A program made the position numbers and the translations under genes. Source: Candidatus Bathyarchaeia archaeon (GTDB lineage Archaea; Thermoproteota; Bathyarchaeia; Bathyarchaeales; Bathycorpusculaceae). From it: a stretch of DNA of 64,000 nt. Positions 30,196 through 37,709 of this stretch are shown here, in pieces. The stretch's first letter is position 1. Every line of letters starts with the position of its first letter. The stretch is from positions 64,001 to 128,000 of the forward strand of contig JAVYWL010000001.1 of NCBI GenBank assembly GCA_038727135.1, given 5' to 3'. Below the pieces are notes generated by a model. It had not been told where the DNA came from and did not search any database. It saw only the letters and a list, made by a program, of their open reading frames with translations.

Positions 30196-32130
30196 ATGTA
30201 TGGATGGCAAGGTAAAATCCTCCACATAGACCTAACTAAAGGAAAAATATGGATCGAGGAACTTGATAGAAAACTTGCGGAACTTTTCCTAGGAGGTAGA
30301 GGAATAAACGCAAAGCTTCTATGGGACCTAATAGGTAAGCCGGGGATAGACCCCCTCGGGCCTGAAAATGTACTAATATTCGGAACTGGAACGCTAACCG
30401 GTACAACAGCACCATCGTCCGGAAGAACAACAATTACATGTAAAGGTCCTATAACGAATCTTTATTTAAAGACGAACATGGGCGGCCACTGGGGCGCCGA
30501 GCTAAAATTTGCAGGCTACGACCATTTAGTTGTACACGGAAGAGCCAACCATCCAGTATACGTAGCTATCCAAGACGAGAGCGTTGAAATAAGAGACGCT
30601 AAACATCTTTGGGGATTAAACGTCAGGGAAACAACAGAAGCGCTTGTAGATGAATTAGATGATAAGGAAACTAAAGTTGCATGTATTGGGCCGGCTGGAG
30701 AGAACCTTGTAAAATATGCGGCTGTAATGAACTCCGTTTACCATGCAGCTGGCAGAGGTGGCGCCGGGGCTGTTATGGGTTCAAAGAATCTGAAGGCAAT
30801 AGCTGTTAGAGGCACAAAAAGCATAGAATTGTGGAAGCCGGACGAATTCAGAGAACTAGCCCTAGAAGTGAGAAAAAATTTAGCAAAGGACAGCGGCGCC
30901 CAATCTCTTTATAATTATGGCACATCAGGGTCCTTAGAGTTTGTCAACAACTTGCACGCCTTTCCAAACCGCAACTTCAAGTACGGACACATAGAAAACG
31001 TAACGCCTTTAACGGGACAAAACCTTGTTGAAAAAGGATATCTACTAAGGCGTGTTGGATGCTTCAGCTGCACCACAAGCTGCCATAGATTTGTACAAGC
31101 AAAGGAAGGTCCATACGCTGGAACTTTCACTGGAGGACCCGAATACGAAACATTTGCGGCTTTGGGTTCCCAAACATGGGTTCTAGACACAGACGCAGTG
31201 ATAAAAGCTAATGAATTATGCAACATCTATGGACTTGACACCATTTCCACCGGCACCACAATCGCGTGGGCTATGGAAAGCTATGAAAGGGGCGTCTTGA
31301 CCAAAGAAGAAACTGATGGCATAGAATTGAGTTTCGGGAACGCTGATGCGGTGATAAAGACTATCGAAGCGATAGCTTTTCGCAAGGGGAAACTTGGCAA
31401 TCTTCTAGCTGAAGGCGTGAAACGTGCTTCTGAAAAAGTTGGAAAAGACAGCTGGAAGTGGGCCATATGCAATGCAAAAGGTCTCGAACAGTCAAACGTT
31501 GAAACACGATCCGCGAAGGCCTACGCCTTGGCCTTTGCCGTTAACCCCCGCGGTCCAGACCATCTCCACACAGAAACCTTTGCAGAGTTTGGTGCCAGCC
31601 CAGAGGCAATAGCCCTTATAGAGAAACTCACCGGAGATAAGAAGTGGGCTTCACCATATTATACTGAGTATCGTCCAGAGATTGTGCGTTGGCATGAGGA
31701 CTGCTATGCAGTTACAGATAGTTTAGGCTTCTGTGCCTTTGCAACAACAGCCGCATACGCGGTTAACCCAGAGAACATGGCTCAAATGTTCTATTTAGCA
31801 ACGGGCATTCCAATGGATGAGAAGACGATAATGACTGCTGGGCGGCGCATTGTAACCCTTGAGAAATGCTTTAACGTAAGGGAGGGCGCTGACAGAAAAC
31901 TCGATAACCTCCCATGGCGGCTGATGAACGAACCTGCAGCCTCGGGTCCAGCCAAAGGCATGATGAACTCGGAGCAGGAACTAAACGCCATGCTTGACAA
32001 ATATTATGCTCTGCACGAGTGGGATGTAAAAACAAGCTGGCCCTACAAGGAAACTTTAGAAAAATTAGGATTATCAGATGTTGCCAAAGAGCTGGAGAAA
32101 CTCGGCAGACTTCCAAAAAGATCTATCTAG
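30196..32130 (+). CDS. aor: Tungsten-dependent aldehyde:ferredoxin oxidoreductase family
   Basis: FLGGRG, IGPAGENL, GRGGAGAVMGSKNLKAI, CFSCTTSC, GPEYET, GLDTIS. Confidence 0.93.
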   Translation: MYGWQGKILHIDLTKGKIWIEELDRKLAELFLGGRGINAKLLWDLIGKPGIDPLGPENVLIFGTGTLTGTTAPSSGRTTITCKGPITNLYLKTNMGGHWGAELKFAGYDHLVVHGRANHPVYVAIQDESVEIRDAKHLWGLNVRETTEALVDELDDKETKVACIGPAGENLVKYAAVMNSVYHAAGRGGAGAVMGSKNLKAIAVRGTKSIELWKPDEFRELALEVRKNLAKDSGAQSLYNYGTSGSLEFVNNLHAFPNRNFKYGHIENVTPLTGQNLVEKGYLLRRVGCFSCTTSCHRFVQAKEGPYAGTFTGGPEYETFAALGSQTWVLDTDAVIKANELCNIYGLDTISTGTTIAWAMESYERGVLTKEETDGIELSFGNADAVIKTIEAIAFRKGKLGNLLAEGVKRASEKVGKDSWKWAICNAKGLEQSNVETRSAKAYALAFAVNPRGPDHLHTETFAEFGASPEAIALIEKLTGDKKWASPYYTEYRPEIVRWHEDCYAVTDSLGFCAFATTAAYAVNPENMAQMFYLATGIPMDEKTIMTAGRRIVTLEKCFNVREGADRKLDNLPWRLMNEPAASGPAKGMMNSEQELNAMLDKYYALHEWDVKTSWPYKETLEKLGLSDVAKELEKLGRLPKRSI

Positions 32131-33436
32131 AAAAGTCCAAACCCGTTTCTTGAAGTTCTCCGACGGTTCCTCCCCTTTTTATAAGATCATCTACGAAAAT
32201 GTTATAGTAGCCTACTGGTTTTGATGATCCAACGCTTTGCCACCCAACAATCCTATCGGTTTTCTTATCAACAATAACACAGATTTTTGAGTCTCGGGGA
32301 ACCTTGAGAGATTCTTGGGCGAAGGCTTCATTTCTCACCATTTTGACAAATAAAGTTTTGGTGTTAAGTCCAAGAGCAGAGGCTTCACTGCTACTCAAGC
32401 CCATGCTGCTGATATGCACGCCAAATACATAATCATACTGGTGACGAATACTTCCCTCAAAAGTAATCCCTGCGCCTAAAGCGTTCATCCCGGCTATTTC
32501 AGCAGTTCTGGCGGCAAGACTTCCTAATGGACGGTAAACTGGGCGTTTTGTAACGTAATCAATTTTTTCTGCACAATCACCAACAGCATAGACACCCTCA
32601 ATATTAGTTTGCATTTTTGAGTCAGCTTTTATAGCTCCATACTCAGCCATCTCTAAACCGCTATTTGCAAAAAGTGCTGTATTGGGCTTCACACCGGTAC
32701 AGAAAATTACAAAATCAAACGGAACGCGTTCCCCATTTAAAGTTACGGATTCCACATTCTTTTTCCCTTCGATGTCTCCAAGCTGGCATTGAACCATAAT
32801 TTTAACGCCCATGCGCTCAGCTTTGGCTTGAACATATCTTGAAAGAGAGGGCTCAAGCACGCCGGAAAGAATGTGGGGTAAAGCCTCGGCGACTGTAACA
32901 TGTAAGCCGCGTTTCATGAGCGCATTTGCGGTTTCCATTCCTATCAACCCAGCACCAACAACTAAAGCCTTCATCCCGGGCTTCGCCCTTCTAGAAAGCT
33001 CCTTTGCCTTGTCAAACCATTTCATGGCGTAGGTTCCCCTTAAATCGGCTCCTTTAACTGGAGGAAGTTTTGGAAGGCTTCCAGTTGCTATTATGAGATT
33101 TTCAAAAAATAGTTCGGATTTTTCCCCATTTCTAAGATCTTCAATTTTAACGGACTTCGCATTAAAATCGACCTGTAAAATTTGGCATCGCCCCAAAAAA
33201 TTCACATTCGCACGCCTAAGATTAGAAATTGGGTAAACGGAGATAGACTTAAGCGAGCTAACTTCATGAGCTATTATGGATGGGAGAGCGCTTCTTGAAT
33301 AAACGGTGCCTTCATTTGAGACTAACGCTATCGAAAAACGTTTCTTTAGGCTTTTTGATTTAAGCGCAGCGGCATATGCTGCTGTTGCTCCTGCAACGCC
33401 GCCGCCTAACACTACAAGATTAAACTTTCTCTTCAT
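32123..33436 (-). CDS. FAD/NAD(P)-dependent pyridine nucleotide oxidoreductase
   Basis: GGGVAG, IATGS, GAGLIG, YAVGDC. Confidence 0.88.
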   Translation of the reverse strand: MKRKFNLVVLGGGVAGATAAYAAALKSKSLKKRFSIALVSNEGTVYSRSALPSIIAHEVSSLKSISVYPISNLRRANVNFLGRCQILQVDFNAKSVKIEDLRNGEKSELFFENLIIATGSLPKLPPVKGADLRGTYAMKWFDKAKELSRRAKPGMKALVVGAGLIGMETANALMKRGLHVTVAEALPHILSGVLEPSLSRYVQAKAERMGVKIMVQCQLGDIEGKKNVESVTLNGERVPFDFVIFCTGVKPNTALFANSGLEMAEYGAIKADSKMQTNIEGVYAVGDCAEKIDYVTKRPVYRPLGSLAARTAEIAGMNALGAGITFEGSIRHQYDYVFGVHISSMGLSSSEASALGLNTKTLFVKMVRNEAFAQESLKVPRDSKICVIVDKKTDRIVGWQSVGSSKPVGYYNIFVDDLIKRGGTVGELQETGLDFSR

Positions 33437-33477
33437 AACAACCCTCTCATGTGGAAATTATTCAATTCTCACGTCAT

Positions 33478-33765
33478 TTATCCGCCGGCTACCGGAGTTG
33501 ACAAAATTATCTGGTCACCATCTCTTAGCACTGTTTTTACACCGTTTATCGTAAGGATGTTTCTGCCATTAACAAAAATTATTAGATTTCCCGCAATGGA
33601 TTTGCCATTTTTGAAAATTAGGCTACGTAGCGGTTCGCCAAACTTGTCACATAAATGTTTTAGCACATCCTCCACGGTGCTGCCTCCAACGATGCTTACC
33701 TCAGCGGATTCTCCTTTCACAGCCTCTTTAAACCCCGAAAGAAATTTCACTTGGACTTTCGCCAT
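33478..33765 (-). CDS. MoaD/SAMP ubiquitin-like sulfur carrier
   Basis: VNG motif and C-terminal PVAGG; next to aor. Confidence 0.88.
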   Translation of the reverse strand: MAKVQVKFLSGFKEAVKGESAEVSIVGGSTVEDVLKHLCDKFGEPLRSLIFKNGKSIAGNLIIFVNGRNILTINGVKTVLRDGDQIILSTPVAGG

Positions 33766-33800
33766 AGATTCCACTATCATAGTGTTTTGTGCGGACCGAT

Positions 33801-34982
33801 TTAACATTTCTTTTGTGCAGATAGCACACTTTTAATCCTTAATAAAGCGTCAGTAAGTTTCTCCCTTGACGTAGCATAGGATATTCTGATGTAGCCTTCG
33901 CCGTGCTCGCCAAACGCTGTCCCGGGAACCACCACAACCTTTGCTTTTTCCAATATTTGCATGACAAAATCCTCCGAAGATATGTTAAAGCCTCTTATGC
34001 TTGGAAACGCGTAGAAGGCTCCTTGTGGTTTGGTGCACTTAAAGCCGGGCATCTCTGACAGCTCCTTAAGCAGTAGTTCCCGCCTTCGATTGTACTCCGC
34101 AACCATCTGTTTAACACAATCATCTCCGCCCTTCAGCGCTGCCACAGCCGCCATCTGCGAAATTGAGCTGGGATGCGCGGATATATGCTCTTGAAGCTTT
34201 GTCATCTGGCTTATGATATCCTTGCTCGCAACCACGAAACCTATACGCCAGCCAGTCATAGCGTAGGTCTTAGATAAAGTGAAAATGCTGATTGTCCGCT
34301 CCTTCATGTCAGGTAGCGAGGCAATGCTGACATGCTTTAAACCATCATACACTATTGCTTCGTAAGCCTCATCCGAGATCACAATAAGGTCTTTTTCTAT
34401 GGCAGTCTCAGATATAGCCCTCAAAACTTTTTCATTAAAAACAGAGCCCGTCGGGTTTGATGGCGTATTAAGTATAATCGCCTTAGTTTTCTCCGTGATT
34501 AGTTTTCTGACTTCCTCTACGTCCACTAGAAAATTGTTCTCTTCCCTTAACATGTATGGAACTGGGCGGCCGCCAGCTAAGATTACTTGTGCCTTATAGC
34601 TTGGAAAGCCGGGATCCGGAATTAAAACTTCGTCTCCAGGCTCAACTATTGTTAAAATGGCGAGTGACAGCCCGCCCATGGCGCCGACAGTTGCCATAAC
34701 CTCAGTTTCTGGATCAACGTCTATCCCGTTTTCCCTCTTAACCTTCTCAGCTGCTGCCTCCCTAAACTCTTTCAGTCCAGCGTTTGGAGTATAATGCGTA
34801 TAAGCCTCCTTCATGGCTTTTATAGCCGCCTCAATAATATGTTTAGGAGTGTCGAAGTCGGGTTCTCCCACTGACAAATTTATAACATCCTTGTATTTTT
34901 GCGCAAGATTAAACATCTTCCGAACGCCGGACCACGGAACAAGATCTGCGCGACTTGAGATCCATTTACAGTTAACCACCAT
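33801..34982 (-). CDS. PLP-dependent class I/II aminotransferase
   Basis: GEPDF, NTPSNPTG, DEAY, SKTYAMTGWRIG. Confidence 0.93.
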   Translation of the reverse strand: MVVNCKWISSRADLVPWSGVRKMFNLAQKYKDVINLSVGEPDFDTPKHIIEAAIKAMKEAYTHYTPNAGLKEFREAAAEKVKRENGIDVDPETEVMATVGAMGGLSLAILTIVEPGDEVLIPDPGFPSYKAQVILAGGRPVPYMLREENNFLVDVEEVRKLITEKTKAIILNTPSNPTGSVFNEKVLRAISETAIEKDLIVISDEAYEAIVYDGLKHVSIASLPDMKERTISIFTLSKTYAMTGWRIGFVVASKDIISQMTKLQEHISAHPSSISQMAAVAALKGGDDCVKQMVAEYNRRRELLLKELSEMPGFKCTKPQGAFYAFPSIRGFNISSEDFVMQILEKAKVVVVPGTAFGEHGEGYIRISYATSREKLTDALLRIKSVLSAQKKC

Positions 34983-35135
34983 GCAAACCCCCCACGCTTA
35001 GAGAATGCACGTGACCACGACATTTAATAAAACTTCCGAAAAAGTCGACTAGTTATTAACGTCAATTTTGGCAAGTAAGAATAACGTATATATCCAAATT
35101 TCCAGTAAATTTCTGATGCTGTAAACCGCCAAAAA

Positions 35136-35309
35136 GGGGCCGTAGTCTAGGCAGGTATGACGACGGGCTCCAGAACATTACCAAACGGGTTTGCGGACCG
35201 CTATGCGGAATGAAGAGGTTCTGGAGCGGTCGGTAGAGAAACCCGTAGAAGCAGCCTCTGAGGCTGTTTCGGGGAGAGGTCGTCGGTTCAAATCCGGCCG
35301 GCCCCACCA
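35136..35309 (+). tRNA. tRNA-Trp(CCA) with two introns (35174-35240 at 37/38; ~35247-35276 at ~43/44)
   Basis: Acceptor GGGGCCG/CGGCCCC-ACCA, anticodon arm ACGGG-CTCCAG^A-CCCGT, T arm GTCGGTTCAAATCCGGC. Confidence 0.9.
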
Positions 35310-35328
35310 ATAAAATTCATGGTATGAT

Positions 35329-35772
35329 GTGTGGGCTTGGTTTATGGCTAGAAAAGTGTTTATGATGAAGTTAAGCGAAATTCAGCCAAGTCAGCTTTAC
35401 ATTTGCTCTGAGAAGTTATCTGAGGTTATGAAAACTTTTGATGGAAATAACCCTACGGCGATGGAGCCTGTACCAGTTAAGAAGCTCGGAGAAGACGTCA
35501 TCTTTGTTGATGGTCACATCAGGGCTTTTGCGGCTTTTCTGTGCGGTTTTTCAGAGGTCCCAGTCTATTGGGAGAATGAGGAGCTGGACTGGGACGCTTA
35601 CAAAATCTGTGTTGAGTGGTGCAAGGAGGAGGGAATACGCACTATAGCTGACCTTAAAGGTAGGATCGTATCCCAAAGGGAATATGAAAAGCTGTGGTAT
35701 GAGCGATGCGAGAAAATGCAGAGAGCCTTAGAAACGAGGAGGAAAAGGAAGCCTACGTTTAGATTTGGTTAG
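35329..35772 (+). CDS. Hypothetical protein with ParB/Srx-like N-terminal motif
   Basis: IQPSQ...PVPV...DGHIRA. Confidence 0.65.
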   Translation: MWAWFMARKVFMMKLSEIQPSQLYICSEKLSEVMKTFDGNNPTAMEPVPVKKLGEDVIFVDGHIRAFAAFLCGFSEVPVYWENEELDWDAYKICVEWCKEEGIRTIADLKGRIVSQREYEKLWYERCEKMQRALETRRKRKPTFRFG

Positions 35773-35824
35773 CTCACCTAAAATGAAGAAGTGGAGAATT
35801 TTGTAGCGTGTTATGTTAATTCCT

Positions 35825-36091
35825 TTATTCTTCTGCTGCTCCAGCTTCTACAACTTCGGCTTCGGCGAATCTTCGGCTTATCCTTGTTATCTTTATTTTG
35901 ACGTGGTCGCCTGGTTTTGTGTTTGGTATGAAGGTTACTAGTCCTTGGATACGGGCTATTCCTTCGCCTCTTCGGCTTGTTTCTGTGACGTCTACTTCAT
36001 ATTCTTTGCCCAGCTCAACTGGTTTCGGTGGGAACCTTCTTGGTCCTCTTCCGAATTCTCTTCTCCCGCCGAACCTTCTTCTTTCTTCCAT
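35825..36091 (-). CDS. Single TRAM domain RNA-binding protein
   Basis: PVELGKEYEV...GEGIARIQGLVTFIP...GDHV; Arg/Gly-rich N-terminus. Confidence 0.9.
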   Translation of the reverse strand: MEERRRFGGRREFGRGPRRFPPKPVELGKEYEVDVTETSRRGEGIARIQGLVTFIPNTKPGDHVKIKITRISRRFAEAEVVEAGAAEE

Positions 36092-36131
36092 ACATTTTCA
36101 CCTCTCCTTATTCGTTTAAAATTTCCGCGTG

Positions 36132-36422
36132 TTATTCGACTGTGAGTTTTCCATATTTTCCAACGTTCAGCTGGATTTCTCCCTTGAAGCTTGTCACGTA
36201 GCCGTTTTCTACTTTAACCGTGTCGTTGACGTTTACCTGGTTTATTTGGTCGTTCCACAGGGTCAGCTTTATAGTGCCCGTTTCGTCTGCTATTATGGCT
36301 GTTGCCACTTTGTGGGTTGTGTCGCTGAACCTTGATAGAACTTCGCGCGGCGCGGATTTTTCTACAACTTTGGCTTCAATGTTTACTCGTTTCATTCCAT
36401 TTCGCAGTTCCTTAATTTTCAA
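36132..36422 (-). CDS. ssb: Single OB-fold ssDNA-binding protein (crenarchaeal SSB-like)
   Basis: DETGTIKLTLW, NGYVTSFKGEIQLNVGKYG. Confidence 0.85.
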   Translation of the reverse strand: MKIKELRNGMKRVNIEAKVVEKSAPREVLSRFSDTTHKVATAIIADETGTIKLTLWNDQINQVNVNDTVKVENGYVTSFKGEIQLNVGKYGKLTVE

Positions 36423-36441
36423 CCTTTTTCACCATCCCCTT

Positions 36442-36726
36442 TTAGGCTATTCTCTCCGCGACAGCGAATTTTCCGCCAACTGAAACAATGCGCACTCTAA
36501 CGCGTTCGCCTATCTTGCTGTTTGGAACAAAAATTAGGTAGCCCTGTATTCGGGCTATGCCGTCTCCTCTGCTTCCAATGTCGTCTATAACAACTTCCAG
36601 TTCCTGGTTTTCCTTGACTGGTGCCATCTGGAAAAGGGGTTTACCGGGGTTGAAGCGTCTGCTACTCCCAAACCTTCTTGGTTTTCTCTGGATGTTTTTT
36701 GTTTTTTCTGGAAGCCTTCTTGGCAT
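36442..36726 (-). CDS. Single TRAM domain RNA-binding protein
   Basis: APVKE...IGSRGDGIARIQGYLIFVP. Confidence 0.88.
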   Translation of the reverse strand: MPRRLPEKTKNIQRKPRRFGSSRRFNPGKPLFQMAPVKENQELEVVIDDIGSRGDGIARIQGYLIFVPNSKIGERVRVRIVSVGGKFAVAERIA

Positions 36727-36959
36727 ACTGTTTTTTCGTCCTTATCGCGGAACCAGCCTCAAACGCTAAAAACTCAAGTGTCCCGCTTTTGCTGAACACC
36801 GAGTTTCCAGCAGAGGCTAGTTAGCATCACAGAAGGCAGCCACACATATAAATCTTGCTAGATGGCTCGCAATATTCAACCTTGGCTAGGAGAGTAAATG
36901 GTATATAGGGTCTTGTGTTATTTGCTATGATGCCAAGTAATGGATGTTGAGGACCAGGT

Positions 36960-37694
36960 TTGTCCGAACAAACGCAACAAAAACCAATAATTCAGTTGGT
37001 GGACGTTTACAAAGAATATAGAGCTGGAACTGTTTCAACTTTAGCCTTAAAAAAGGTTAGCTTCCAAATTTTGAAGGGACAGCTTATCGCCATAATGGGG
37101 CCCTCGGGTTCCGGGAAGACAACACTTCTTAACATGATTGGGCTTTTGGACCGCCCTACAAAGGGCAAAATCTTCTTCGATGGTTTTGACGTTTCAAGGC
37201 TTGACGATAGAACATTGGCTAATTTACGAAACACAAAGCTTGGCTTCGTTTTTCAAACCTTTAATTTGGTTAATAGGCTAAGCGTTTTCGAAAACATCGA
37301 GCTACCTTTAATACCTCGTGGGATTCCCCGTAACGTTAGGGCGAAAATGGTTTGGGAAGCCATAACAAAAGTCGGCGGCGATGAGAGTTGGCTTCACAAA
37401 AAGCCTAACCAACTTTCCGGCGGTCAACAGCAACGCGTGGCAATAGCAAGAGCCATCGTTGGGAAGCCTGTTGTTCTGTTGGCTGACGAGCCAACCGGCA
37501 ATTTGGACAGAGCCTCAGCCAAAGTTGTCGTTGAAACTTTCCTAAACCTTAACAAGGCTGGGCACACAATAGTTGTTGTGACACATGACCCGGAAGTAGC
37601 AAACTGTATGGAAAAGATATATGTTATAAGAGATGGAGAGATAGTGGGAGAATTTATGCCTAATAAGGCAGAATCTCTTATTAGTAAGGCATAA
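36960..37694 (+). CDS. ABC transporter ATPase (LolD/MacB-like)
   Basis: GPSGSGKT, LSGGQQQRVAIARA, LADEPTGNLD. Confidence 0.95.
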   Translation: MSEQTQQKPIIQLVDVYKEYRAGTVSTLALKKVSFQILKGQLIAIMGPSGSGKTTLLNMIGLLDRPTKGKIFFDGFDVSRLDDRTLANLRNTKLGFVFQTFNLVNRLSVFENIELPLIPRGIPRNVRAKMVWEAITKVGGDESWLHKKPNQLSGGQQQRVAIARAIVGKPVVLLADEPTGNLDRASAKVVVETFLNLNKAGHTIVVVTHDPEVANCMEKIYVIRDGEIVGEFMPNKAESLISKA

Positions 37695-37709
37695 ATTTCG
37701 CGAGGGTAG

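Noticed and set aside
35062-35310. 82-aa minus-strand ORF (MVGPAGFEP...)
   Set aside because: Antisense shadow of tRNA-Trp
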